Positions 1 to 12,866 are shown, numbered from the whole stretch's first letter. The stretch: DNA of 58,194 nucleotides, filler included, from Jimgerdemannia flammicorona (GCA_003990765.1; 2 parts of 2 records of this genome joined end to end with filler, not necessarily neighbours in it); one strand, 5' to 3'. The notes: generated by a model not told the origin, from the sequence alone. Translations and numbers: made by a program.

Positions 1-246
1 GATGGGTGATTCGGATGGGTGATTCGGATGGGGCGATTCGGATGGGGCGATTCGGATTGAGTGATTCGGATTGAGTGATTCGGATTGGGGTGGTTCGGAT
101 GGGTGATTCAGATGGGGCGATTCGGATGGGGCGATTCGGATTAAATCCGAGTTGATCCGGATGGCTTCGGATTTGAGATTCGAATCAAACCGTCATGTGA
201 CGAATCGAATCCGGATTTGATTCGAATTGACTCGTTCGGAGCACTA
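1..246. mobile_element. Terminus of a hAT-like DNA transposon with subterminal tandem repeats
   Basis: About 10 copies of a 14-15 bp GATTCGGATGGG(T/GC)-type unit (1-142), then TTCG(A/G)AT-rich sequence ending in GCACTA at 246. The reverse complement TAGTGCTCCGAACG fits the hAT TIR start consensus YARNG. The other end is outside the window. Confidence 0.55.
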
Positions 247-435
247 CTTACAGGTACAGCAAACCAACCTGAGGTAGAGGAGGTAATAATAGAGAAAAGG
301 GAACTTGGAAGGTTACCTACCAAACCTTGTGACTGGTAAGGTAGCAGAAAAAGGGGTGTGTGCATATTATCTCATTGAGCAGGAGTGTTGAAATTATTAC
401 ATCTCGATAATGTGGCTTAGACATGTGATTCTTAG

Positions 436-477
436 AACTACGTCATCATTTAACTACGTCATCATTTAACTACGTCA
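436..477. repeat. 16-bp tandem repeat x2.6
   Basis: AACTACGTCATCATTT twice, followed by AACTACGTCA. Confidence 0.9.
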
Positions 478-1014
478 CTCGACGGGTGTAATTCGGATCA
501 ATAAACAATGCTCTGCTCTCTCTTTCTCCAGTATCCACTCCACATTCACAACACAATATTTTAGCATAAGCTCGGATTTCCCATTCCACCGATTCCTTTG
601 AGGACGAGCACAGTACAGCTTCGGACGAATTGTCAGAGAGCGCCGTTTCCATCGCTTCAAGGGCATTTCTCTACGTACGAATCGGTTTGTGAGTTTGAGT
701 GGAACTAGGAACATTTTCTTTTTACTGGCATCCAGAATTGAATTGTTGGCACCTGAAAAAAAAAAAAAAAAAAAAAAAAAAAAACAATAATTTACTTTAA
801 TAACATTAGGTCATATTTCCACCATTATGAATGTATCCATTATTCACTCCTCCTCCGCTTGTATTGCTAACAATGGTAGGCTGCCAATCGTTGTCGCAGA
901 ACCAGTTCCTGTACTAGGGATCACGGCATTATTTTCAAAAGACATGATACTAATGGCTGCTGTTAAATGATTCGAATGAGGCTTAGTTATAATAGGTGAT
1001 GAGATTGCGCTCAT
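475..1014 (-). pseudogene. Frameshifted NB-ARC (fungal NLR-like) N-terminal fragment
   Basis: Switching frames gives FLVPLKLTNRFVRRE / ALEAMETAL / VLVLKGIGGMG / KSELMLKYC. This matches the F-x-VP...FVGRE...GxGGxGK(S/T) Walker A region of fungal NB-ARC-TPR proteins. A poly-T/CAG acceptor lies at ~753. The 5' limit is uncertain. Confidence 0.7.
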
Positions 1015-1717
1015 GAAGCTTGTGGTAACATACTTGATCTCAATGTGGTATTACGGAGCTGGGATGGGAAGTGGGGAAGAGTTTGATGAATTGAACTTTA
1101 TTTATGTCATAGATTTTCTGGAATGATGGCTGTGGATGCTGCGGCCTTCAGGGGTTGCCACAGCTGCATGCGTATTGCCACAGTTTCACGCGCATTGCCA
1201 CGCCCTCGGGATTCAATTTCAAAATACGTATATATGTGAATATTCAAGAGCCTACACCTATTTGATCGTTCGGTATCAATTGCTATACTTTCGTGGCTAA
1301 CAATTTAAGAGCTCGGTATCAATCGCCATACCTTCGGGTTTATTGGTATCAATTGCCACACATTTTCAAGGTGTGTTGCATACTTATTGTTTAGTTCGGG
1401 GGCTTATATTTGAACGTTCGGTATTAATTACTACACGTTCGGGGTTCCATTTCAAGATATGTGACATGACTATAGTTTAATTCAAGAAACTTTAATAGAA
1501 CGATAGGTATCAATTTGCCGCACTTCAGGGTTTAATTGTGGTGTGGCGTGCTTATCCAAACGTATAACTAACGCCCTTCGGATCGTCATCGCAACAGGCG
1601 GACTTATGGTCGCATGGTGAGAATAATGACTCATTTCATCGTCATCGCGTATATTTCCAGCTGTTGTCGGGGCCTCGTCCATGAAACCACCCAAGTCGCT
1701 AACTCCACCGATAACCA

Positions 1718-2235
1718 GGTACAACGGCTCTGCCTCATCGCACCTGCCCTGGCTTTCGTAATGCCCAGCGAAATCGTTCAGAGTTGTTGCCATGTTTGCG
1801 TGCCCTGATTACAACACTTTCTCCTGGATTTCCAACGCCCGTTGATACAGCAGCGCTGCCTTGTCATGCTTGCGTAGGGCCCAGCCAGATTTTTCGAAAC
1901 TATTGCTATACTCGGGTGTGCTCTGGTTCCAACACCTTCTCAGATTTCATTGTCCGCTGGTACAACGGCTCTGCCTCCTCATACCTGGTTTGGCTGTCGT
2001 AGAAACCCGCCAGATTGTTCAAAATCGTTGGTAAGGCCGGGTACTGTGGTATAATCGCTTTACGGTAGATTTCCAGCGCCCGTTGGTACAGTGGTTCCGC
2101 CTTGTCATACTTTGTAGAGCCTAGCTATCCTCGCGTGCTCTGGTCCGAACACCTCACAAATTACCAACGTCCGTTGAAACAACTCTTCCTCGTCATACCT
2201 GCCTTTGTTGTAGAGCCTTCCAGAACTGTTGCTAT
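1718..2235 (-). pseudogene. Degenerate TPR array (kinesin-light-chain/TPR_10-12 type)
   Basis: Repeats include ATTLNDFAGHYESQGRCDEAEPLY, ILNNLAGFYDSQTRYEEAEPLYQR and YDKAEPLYQRALEI, separated by frameshifts. Confidence 0.85.
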
Positions 2236-3908
2236 GTTACCGAAAATGATTGAACTACCCTACAATCTGATAAAAATTGTTCCGAATTCTGTTTATATTC
2301 ATTCTTAAGGTAACGGTTAACCTACCATTGTGATTTTATTTAATTCATATGGACGACCACAAGTCTGCGCCAAATTTCTTCTACATATCCTTGAATCAAT
2401 CCAATCAAAACATGGACGTGCAATCCAACAGTGGTCTTAACAAAGACAGCCTACCACGACGTAACCATCATCTGCGCTGATGGCGTCGAGCTTGGCGCTT
2501 GCCGTGCTGTATTGGCTGCAAGTGTGTATCATTCTTCCCAATAATTGGTCGAAGCGTATACAATTGACTCCCTCCCCACCAACTTCAATTCCGGTCTCTC
2601 GACAGTCAACACATTGCCGCCGGCCCACACGTCCTCGCTACTTCCCTCTCGTGTTGTCCCTCTCCTCACGCTTTCGCACCACTACTCCATATTCTGGGCC
2701 GCCTTCCTAGCAGCCTTCCGACGACCAGATCCGGAAGACCAGGATTTCCCGACGCGTGATAGGATCCACCGGCAGATCTTTCTCGACATCCGAGAAGTCG
2801 TCGTCCTCGTCCACCCTTTTCTCCTTCGTCCTTAGGCCACCACCCTTCGGGTTCTCTTCGCCACGTCAGCGCGACCAACATCCACTGCCAATACCTCCCT
2901 TGCTTCCCTCCATCTATGTGACCTGGCAACACCCACCGTATCACCCGACACCGTCAGCGCCACCTTGTCTTGTATCGCTAGCACCGCTCCCAGCATCTCA
3001 CCTAGCCACTCTGGACTTCCCCCCAATGGTCGGCTGGTAGGCCTTGGAGACCCATTGTCGTCGTTGTCCTCATCGTCATCGATGTTTTCCTCCACACAGC
3101 CAATGGATTAAATAACAATTTGTGGTAAAGTGAGTAAGAATCGTTAAAAAGGACTCATCCCTCGTCTTTACCAGCCCCGGTGATCAAGTTTCTCATTGCA
3201 TACCGTCTCCGTCGAACCCTCTAGATTCCTAACCCTACCCAATCCCTCAATTCCGGCCACTCAATTTATACCGCGCTCACTTCGGCATCGCCTTCTTCAG
3301 CAATTGGCGCAGGGCGGGCACGCCAAAGTGTCGATATGGGTTGTCCGCTCGGAGAGCCTCTCTTGGTGAAAAGAACGGATGGATGCAAACAAACCGGAAA
3401 GAGGTTGCAGAATCGTAAAGTATCACGTAAAACAAAATAAAGCTATTGTCGTGAATCCCGAAACTCTATATGACCATGAGAATAAATTGGTATACAATAT
3501 ATAAATGTACTACCCTTTGGGGCCGAATTGCCATATGCCGCGTAGCAACTGAGTAACTTAACACGCGCGGAGTATTGCCTTGTGCTTTGATGCAAGACCG
3601 TTGATGTTCCTTGACCGAATCGGTTTGTTTAGCCTAGGTGGATGTGGACTAGTGAGCAATGGATGGAAACGACGGTACTTAGTCCTGTTGTTTTGGACGC
3701 GCTCCTCGCTAGAAAAAGTGGCTTAGCACGTGGTGACAGTGATATCCGTTGTTCGTTCTTTTCACGAAGTTGTAAATCGGAACCCACTTTATCATATTTC
3801 AGATTTGTTTTTATTTTTTATTTCGCGACAAAAGGTATATTATTACAGATGCAATGTCATATCTTGACGACCTGCTCGACCCACGTTCGATTTCGATGAC
3901 TAGACAGA

Positions 3909-3966
3909 CCGGTTTCGCCCTTGCTCAAGGGGTTCATCAGTTGGCATAAGAAGCAACCAAGACCGG
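3909..3966 (-). ncRNA. Type III hammerhead ribozyme-like motif
   Basis: The minus strand reads CCGGUC UUGG uugcuucuuaug CCAA CUGAUGA ac CCCUU gagc AAGGG c GAAA CCGG. It has the core boxes CUGAUGA and GAAA, a GUC cleavage triplet and three stems. The base of stem II is non-canonical. Confidence 0.7.
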
Positions 3967-5769
3967 AACGCGAATCGCGTCCGGGGAGGCAAGTGCGTTA
4001 GAGATAGTTTCCCAAACACGCATTGCAAAACACAGGCAGTTACAGTTAGAAGGCATACTTAGCTTCTAGAAACTCACACCAATAGTACCGCGCCTCCTCA
4101 ACTCGCCACCCACGCACATACGGTCCGGGCCCGCGTGGTAGACCCAGTGGGACCGCAGCCACCGTCATTCCGGTGCCACCTTTCGCCCTCTTTATCTTTC
4201 TTTTTTTTTTCTCCCGGTGAAAGGATAAACACCACCGCCCGGCACGGGCTTAGGTATAAAACCGTGCAACAGGCCGATTCGCGGTATGTTTTCTTCTTTT
4301 GTGGCGGACTTGGGGTTGAGGAATTGCGCGGAGAGAGAGAGCGTTGAGCGTTCAGAGAAAAAAAAAAAACACTGATTTATTGGGGGGTACGCGTGACGTT
4401 GATTGAAATGTTCTCACCCCAACTTTTTTTTTTTTCATCGAACATTCCTGGAAAGCTGCATATTTTCGGCCGCCACCTGGTGACTAACTACTCTTATCTG
4501 ACATGCAGCCTTAAAAACGAGAAATAAATGTTTGTAGCCAACATTATTGCGCAGGCTACAACACTAATAATTGTGCCAGCACCGACAAGATTTTAACCTG
4601 CTTGAATAAAAACGCCACGTTCATGACGCACAGGATCGGGAAGCAAGTTGTCATAATAGCATTTTTCGAATCACACGTATGAGGCACGAAATAGTCCGCG
4701 GGAATACCTCCCCGATCTGGCTTACGGGTGCGATATCTTGGGACTACGATATCCGCATTAGAACATATCTAGTATATATATGCCGTTCCGATTTTCGAGG
4801 TGACAACAATTTTGTGGTTAATTATATATTGCAACATGTTAATTGTCAGGCCCAATTTAGTGAATCATATATATATATATACATCAAATTTCCCTCGCAA
4901 GTCGATCCCGATTAACTGCAATGTAGGAGTCGCCACCTTGATTGGTCAACTCGAAAACATTTTGGAGACCAACAAGCCTAGTACGCGACTCTGATGTCAA
5001 AAGGATGAACTTGTCATAATTGCGATACAACGCTCCAGGTTCTATATATATCACGAGTCCATTCGACTGGTCTGTTCAAATGAACAATCCTTAGAGGAAT
5101 TTTATTTATTTTTATTTTTCCTTATTCTCACGCAGAAATCCATCGAAACGAGTAAAAATCCCATTGAAGGCATTGGTGCATTCTTGAATGGCAAAATAAA
5201 AATGCGTCATGTTTCAATACATTCTATTGGATGCAGATAATAGCTGACTAGTTTCTGCCCTTGTCGCTTTTACTTCTTGCCCAGACTTTTTCATTTCCAC
5301 CCTTACACGCCTACAACAGATTTTATCAGCAATGCACCTAACTTGGCTCATCGCTTTGGGCTATGTTGAAGCCATGCTAAAAGTCCTCTTTTCTGTCACT
5401 ATCACCATCCTCTTTGGGATGCATGTCGGACAGGATGAGCTTCAACATGATGTGTAAATTTGTTCTCGCCATTTCTCTTCAGTATTGCCACCTCCATTTC
5501 TCACTCCGCTATAAATCGTATTCAACGCTGTTTGCCCCTTTCGTAGGGCATTGGAACGGCCCAACACCAGCCCAATTAAGGACGCTACCAGCACGCTGGT
5601 AACCCTCGCTAACACGTCCGCTACTCCTGCCATCACCGCCGTCGGCAAGAATGTCACAAACGTCGTCTCCAACGGAAACGACACCGATATGGACGCCTCC
5701 ACTTCGCCGCTTCATCCGACTTCCGCGACGAGGTTTGTCCACGGAAGAAGCCGCTCCCATTCTGTCGAG

Positions 5770-6828
5770 CCTTCAATAGAGTTTCCTTTGATTTTTCCTT
5801 GTTAGTAGATATATTCTATATTGGTTTCTTGCCAGGCAGCAATTGCTTTCAGGGTAGTTTCTTCTTCCCAATCTTATGCTTCTCTGTCTTCATCATTGAT
5901 GTTCTTGATTTCTTCATTCCATCATTCCAGGATGGTTGGCTTGCACTTTATGGATTCAAGGACACATATAATGCATTCTCCTATATATTCAAAATAGTAT
6001 ATCTTGATTCTATGAGGGCATCATCCTGTGGGGACATATCCATCAGCAATATACTAATACTATCTCTGGTCTCAGTCTTGATGTTCTTCAATATGGATAA
6101 TTTTCTATATCTTAATCTTCTCTTTAGCCTTATCAGAGTGCTTTTCTGTTAATCCAAAGGCTTTTTCTCCTCTATCAGAAGGTGATAGTTTCTACTTTGA
6201 GATCATTATATATTACTTCAATGATGGCTTGAGTAATTCATTTTTCACAAGTAATTTTGATGGTCTTCTGTCTAGTATTATATAACAGGACTTTGATCTC
6301 ACCTTTGAATTCTTAGTCTATAACTTCTCTAGCTATACAAAGTCTCTCTTCTTTGGCCAGACTACTCTTTTCTATAAGATTAATATAGATTTCTTTAGAA
6401 ATATCTATTCTAATATATATCTATACTAATGGTTGCTTACTTGTCTGGTTTGATAGCTACTTTTATACTAGAGTAGAAATTATAGCCAGTATCAGATTCA
6501 TATACTTTGACTGAGATCTTTACAGTGATGTGAAATCTCTTAATCTTAATTTTCTCAGAGATTCCTTTAGAATCATCTCCTATCATAGTAATAGTATTTG
6601 AGAAAAATAGTTTTTTATTCATATTAGTCTTCTTATCAGAATATTTGTGAGATATATATCCTCTCTTTTTATAGTGAAAATATGCTCTTTTCTTCATAAG
6701 TTCTTTCATTTTCTTATCAGATAGTTTCTTAAATCAATATACATATCTTATAGTTTTGAGAACTCATTCTGGGATTTATACTTTATCTTAAATTGGTATC
6801 ATTTGTCTTCTTTATTGTTATTTCTATT
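5770..6828 (-). mobile_element. Old Ty3/Gypsy remnant (gag/protease/post-protease region), continuing at 18656-18914
   Basis: Minus-strand ADGYVPTG*CPHRIKIYYFEYIGECIIC (~5960-6047) is homologous to GYVPQGVCPHRIKMYCMEYVNDCYQC of the element at 13035-13115. The remnant is interrupted by the Copia element. Confidence 0.65.
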
Positions 6829-6973
6829 TATTGAGATGGTAACTCAATATATCAATATGTATATGACTTATATCATTCTATTAGATTTATGTTATTTATC
6901 AGTAATGTATAAAATACATATATAACCTATATAACTTCAAGAAAGTACTTCTTTTTGTCTCTCTTTTACTATA
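6829..6973 (+). repeat. Copia 5' LTR
   Basis: Aligns to 18519-18655. Termini are TA...TA, presumably from TG...CA. Confidence 0.85.
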
Positions 6974-8481
6974 AAGGTTATAAGCCCCACTAGTACTAAG
7001 TGGCAATAATAATAAATATATCTCTTTAAAATACACAATACTAAAAATATTAGATGACTAGCCTAGAAATATAAGTGTAGAAATAGATATACCAATTATG
7101 AGTATTTTTATAGATATAACCATAATAATAACTATAATAGATATAGAAATCATATTTCTAGTTATAAGTATAAATACAGTCAAGAGGTTTATTCCAATCT
7201 TCAATGAGAAAGATTATATAATCTGGGTATTCTATATGATGAATCTTCTTGATGAATACAACTTAGTAGAGTATATAAAGCCACAAGTATTGATTCAAGA
7301 TTACAACAGTATAAATAACTATTAAGTATTATACAAGATTGTATTTACACTATCTAACTCTCAAATAAAGCTTATAATATATACAGTAACTGCTTATGAA
7401 GTATGAAAAACTCTATACAATCATCATATATAAATATCTATATCAAATTGATTCCACCTAAAATCTCAGCAATTCAATTTATGAATAAAGCCAAAAAAGA
7501 TAATTTGTAAATACATCAGTCATATCAATGATCTGGTAAATTAGATGAATTTACTAAGTATATCAGCATAATATATAAGTAATAAGAATAAGATCTTGAC
7601 TCTTATAAGAAATCTCTCTAAAATATATCATGTTATAGTGGCAGCCATGTAAGAGAGTGGCAAACTCACTAATTATATTCATATTATAATGAGTCTCATG
7701 AATGAGAAAATGTATCAAGAAAACCTCACTATCAATGATAATGAAAATATATTCCACAGATCATATAGATGAGGTATTAAATGAGGTCAAAAGTATAGAT
7801 AATAATAATAGAGATAAATCTAAACCTAAGCTCAACAATACAATAACAACCAGTCTAGCCAATCAATCAAGTATGAAGATTACTATAAATACTATAGCAA
7901 GTATAGATATAAGAAGTATAATTGCTATTACTAGAAAAATGACAAAGAGAGTGGTGAAAATAAGCAATAATATCAAAGCCAGCATTGATAATATAGTAGT
8001 AGTAAAAAGAGTTATTATAATAAAGAGAAACATGATAATACCAATACTGCTGAAACTGATGAAAGTAATAATATATTCTTTATGTAAGCAATATATATAG
8101 ATTACAGTTCTACTGTTAAATCCACAAAATCTACCACCTTATTATCTATAAATTCTGGCCAGCAAAACAAATTTCACTTGACAAAAAGTAGTAAAAATAT
8201 AAGCATTACTAGTAATAAATATACTGCTACAAATATAGTTAATGGCAATGATATCAGATTAATAAATTCTAGAGCTACATAATATATAATACTATATAGA
8301 AAATAGTTCTCTGCATATAAGTCTTTTGAATACTCTATACTTATCAAATAAGAAGACAACAATATCATCTATACTTATAGAAAGAGAAATATCACAGAAT
8401 CTGCTGACACTTTCCTAGATATATTATATATCCTAAAAATCAGCAAAAATCTCTTTTTGATAGGAAAAATAATATCCCATG

Positions 8482-8516
<35 letters not shown>

Positions 8517-8828
8517 AGCACAACTATATATAATTTACATGATAATAAGATAATAATAGCTTCAAAATATGGTAATTTCTATATGATCAATAGAATGCTA
8601 AACAGTATAAAAGCCTCTACATATACAATAACTATATCTAATATATTCAATATATGTATAGTATCAATACTTGAAATATATATATCAGCAAATCAAGCCT
8701 TAGAATAATCCAAAGTAGCTCAGTAAAAGAATTACCACTATATATATATATATCTAAAAGATGACTTCTGTAAGATATATATAGAAAATAAGATATTCTA
8801 GCAATTATTTAAGAAATGATTAAAGTAT

Positions 8829-9294
8829 TGTAATATAGCAGATACTTATTCTTGAAAGTACGTTGGATTTCTATATCTTGAAAACTTGATCTTCTCTGAC
8901 TTCTCAGAGTCCTTTGAGTTGCAGGGGAGGGTGGGTGAGTTCGAAGTATATCTGCCTGCAGGCTTACTAGTTCCTTTGCTATCTCTTTGCTTTGAACTAT
9001 TTCGATCTGAGGTTTATTCACTTGAAGATACTGGGTTATTTATACAAGTTTGCTAGCTATGAGATAGTTACTGGGTTACATGGCTAAGTTATGAGTTATT
9101 TAACACTTTGTAAAATATTTTGCCAGTTGCAAAATGCTATATTAAATTGAGAAGCTCAATCTTGCACTTTGTGAAATATTTAGCAAATGGCAGAATTGAG
9201 GACTGCTAACTATGTGGCTATACTACTTTGGGACTGGGTGTGATCAAGTATTTGTTCCCTATTTCCTTCTTCCAAATCTGGCTATACCATCACA
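8829..9294 (-). repeat. Gypsy 3' LTR (family A)
   Basis: Direct repeat of 15064-15529; a third copy is at 57323-57789. Confidence 0.97.
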
Positions 9295-9793
9295 ACTTCC
9301 TCCTGAATAGATGATCTTATCCCTGAAGCATCTATTCAAACTCCCAAGCTTCAATAGTCTGTATGGTCTTGTATTGTGTGATTTGTTGCATTACTGTTTT
9401 CCAATAGTGTTGCCTGACTCAGTCGAAGTCTGAGGGAGTTACTCCTCACAGGTGGGCTAGTGCTGATTCATTCTCTCGAAATAGCATGTGGATTCTCTTA
9501 GCAATGGTGATCTGGGAATAGGAGAGCTGGCATTCTGCGATCCAATTTTCTTTGGTCATTTCTGGGTCTTGGTTGAGTACTTGGCCAAGTTTGAAGTACT
9601 CTTGGAATTTGTTTCAATGCTGATAGGCCTTGAAGTATGAGATCCAAGAGAGATGAGTCTGCACAATGCTTTGGATACTGTCATAGGACTCCTCTATGGT
9701 CAGAGGCTCGGTGGTACACCATTGTCTCTTGATGGCTCTTTGGGTAGCACTAGTGATCTTGAGTATTATCGCAGTACTTTTGTTACTGACCAT
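9290..9793 (-). pseudogene. Gypsy ORF3 of unknown function (~167 aa if stops are reverted)
   Basis: A single frame reads MVSNKSTAIILKITS...EYFKLGQVLNQDP...IAKRIHMLFRENESALAHL*GVTPSDFD*VRQHYW..., broken only by stops explicable as C>T/G>A changes. Confidence 0.7.
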
Positions 9794-9809
9794 GATATTT
9801 CTTGAGTCA

Positions 9810-10960
9810 GTTTTGGTGAATGGTGGTGGGGATTATTGTACTTGAGAGTTTTTGTAGTCAAAAGGTAGTCTCTTTTATATCTTACACCAGGTAAGGTCCT
9901 TCCCACTTGGGCTTCAGTTTTCATGACCAAGAAGCTTCTACCATATTCTGATACACTAGAACTTTGTCTCCTATCTTAATAATCTCTAAGAGTTTGTGGG
10001 TCTTTTCTGCATTCCTCCATTGTAGTATCTGCACCTTGGTTATATAATCTTCAGCCTTCTTTCTGATTTGGTGTAGTCTCCATATTTCCTTGTCCACATG
10101 TTTCCATATGGCATCTCTATTGGAAGATAGGGTTCCCTGAGAACATTCTTCTCTGAACAACATTTCTCGAGGGGTAAAGTGGGTACTTTGTGATTAGATA
10201 TTCCAGAGAGCAGATAATGCTATTGGCAGATAGTGATCCCAGTTCTTGTAGTTATTGCAGATCTTGGTAATAACATTCTTGAGGGTTTTGTTGGTCCTTT
10301 CTACTTGTCCATTTCCTTGAGGATGATATGCTGTGGTCTGGATATGTTGGATCTTGTACTTCTTATAGAGAACTTCGAAGAACTGGTTCACAAATTCCGT
10401 TCCTCTATCTGTGGTTACTTGCATTGGGTCTTGAATTGGCAGATGATTTCTTTGTAAAAGAAATCAGTGATTGACTGTGCATTGGCTTCTATAAAAAGTC
10501 CTGCTTCTATCCATTTTGTAAAAAGGTCTATGATGATGATGATGTATCGGTTACCAGTCAAAGTCAAGGGTAGAGGGCCAATTACATCCATTGCAATGTA
10601 AGCGAATGGTACTGGTTCTATATGTGCTGATCCTGGGGCTTGATTTTGTTGGTCTTGTTTCTGTTTCTGGTATTTGTTGCAGGTCTTGACAAATTGTCTG
10701 ATATCTTCCTCTATCCCTGGCCACCATATTGTTCTCCTTGTCTTGTCATATATATTTGTTCCTCCTAGATAGCCAAGTTCATATACTGATTTCATCACTT
10801 ACTCCTTCTTGTGTTCTGGTATGACTAGTAGTTTTTCTTTCTTCAGTGTTTCTCCATCAGTTTTGAATTATTTCCATGTTCTGTTGATAATAATTTGTGT
10901 CCATTCTTCCAGATGTTGGGGCATCTTTCGCTGTCCCAGGTATATGATAATTCCATAGTA
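9810..10960 (-). pseudogene. Gypsy integrase
   Basis: WWPGIEEDIRQFVKTC, MDVIGPLP, DLFTKWIEA, TTDRGTEF, YHPQGNGQVERTN; GPY-type tail at ~9890. Confidence 0.95.
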
Positions 10961-10967
10961 GAGCTCC

Positions 10968-12230
10968 TTATTCATGATTGATTTGTTGGTTAGAGGTAGT
11001 TTGGGATGTCCATGAGAGGGCATCTGTATTGGCATTAGTTCTTCCAGAGTGGTGTACAATGGTTACATCATAAGCTTGCAACTTCATTATCCATCTGGCA
11101 TAGATTCCTTTGGGTTGTCCAGTTGTCAGTAGCCAGGTGAGAGCTGAGTGGTCCATTTGGATGGTGAAGTGTCTTCCAGCCAAGTAGTAGTGGAACTTTT
11201 CTATGGCCCAGATGACTGCAAGGTATTCCAACTTATAGGATTTGTATTCTTTTTCAGCTCCTCGAGTTCCGTGGCTGAGGTATGCAATGACATACTCTAC
11301 TTTATCTTTCTTTTGAGCTAGAACTGCTCCTAGTCCTTGTGCACTTGCATCAGTCTGTAGGATGAATTCTTGAGTCCAGTCAGGTCTTCTGAGAATGGGT
11401 GCCTGGGTCAGTCTGACCTTGAGTTCATCAAATGCTTTTTGTTGTCTGCCAGTCCACTGGAACTTGGTATCCTTCTTGTTAAGTTCATAGATTGGTTCTG
11501 CAATATTAGAAAATCCTCTAATAAATCTGCGATAATAGGAGGCAAGTCCCATGAAGGCTTGGGCTTTTGTAACAGTGGTGGGTCTTGGGTATGCTATCAC
11601 TGCTTGTATCTTGAGGGGGTCCATGTATATTCCATCTCAGTTGATGATGTAGCCAAGGTAGAAGATCTCGATTTCTGTGAATTTGTATTTTTTGGGCTTG
11701 ATGTATAAGCCATGCTTTCTCAGTCTTTCCATTATCTGCCAGATGTGCTGTAGGTATTCTTCTGGTGTCTGGCTGTAGATGATTATATCATCAATATAGA
11801 CCATCATCTATCTTCCCATGTCATAGTAGAAGATTTTGTTCATTATTTGCTGGAAACTTGCTGGTGCATTGCACATTCCAAATGGCATTCATAGGTAGAC
11901 GTAGGTTCCGTCTGGGGTGATGAAAGCTGATTTTTCACTTGCTATATCTGTGAGTCCGATTTGGTGGAATCCTGAGTATAAGTCCAAGGTGCTGTAGTAC
12001 TGTGCTTCATCTCCCAGTGTTATGAGAATATCATTGATGAGGGGCAGTGATTGGTGATCCTTCTTGGTAACTATGTTGAGCTTTCTGTAGTCAACACAGA
12101 GTCTTGGGGCAAATTCTCCAGGCTTATTGCCTTTTTTTGGGGCTAGTACAACAGGTGAGGACCAGGGGCTGCTTGCTTCTTTAATGATGCTGGCTTCTTC
12201 CATCTGCTTGATTTCTTCTCTGAGCCATTC
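10968..12230 (-). pseudogene. Gypsy reverse transcriptase / RNase H
   Basis: [63 protein letters not shown]. Confidence 0.96.
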
Positions 12231-12488
12231 TCAGTGGGCTGGCGGGACAGGTCTTGCCTTCTGATAAATTGGTTCAGTGTCTCCAGTATCTACTTCATAA
12301 TAGTAGTGTGGGGTCTTTTCTTTGATATCCTTGAAATCTGTAGCAAGAATATCTTCAAATTTGTGGAGTATTTCCTTGAGTTCTTTCTTGAGTGGAAATT
12401 CATTTCCAATAGTGTAGCTGTGCTTGCTTGTGTTTTCCTCCTTCTTATGCTCAAGTTTAGTGATCTTGGTATTGGCAAATACTCCTCT

Positions 12489-12866
12489 TCCTGTGGATCC
12501 AAATCCTTTCTTTCCTCTTTTCATTTCCTCCAGCTTCTTAACTTCTATGATCTTTGGTTGTAGCACTGGAAAGATCAACATTTGCACCAATTGGTCCTTC
12601 TTCTTGACTGAAAATGGGATTGTAGGATTGTGATTCCTAGCAATGAGTAGAATTTCTCCAGTATAGTCTGAATCGATGACTCCTCCTTTGATTGTGATTT
12701 CGCTTCTAGCCAGGCTGCTTCTTGTCTTGAGAATCCTGACATGATCCTTTAGGATGGTCATCTCCAGTCCAGTTGCAAGTAGGGTGGTTGTCTGGGGTTC
12801 TAGTACAGTCTCTTCTACTGTAGTGATATCTATTCCAGCTGCATTTTCTGACTTGTATTCTGGCAA
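12489..12866 (-). CDS. dut: Trimeric dUTPase domain of Gypsy pol
   Basis: All five motifs are present: AAGIDI, RSSLA, GVIDSDYTGEI, QLVQML, RGKKGFGSTG. Confidence 0.95.

Noticed and set aside
1..142. Telomere-like or CRISPR-like repeat
   Set aside because: No unique spacers, and the unit is not telomeric; better explained as transposon subterminal repeats.
2437..3200. GC-rich overlapping ORFs upstream of the TPR array
   Set aside because: Possibly part of the decayed gene, but no recognisable motif.
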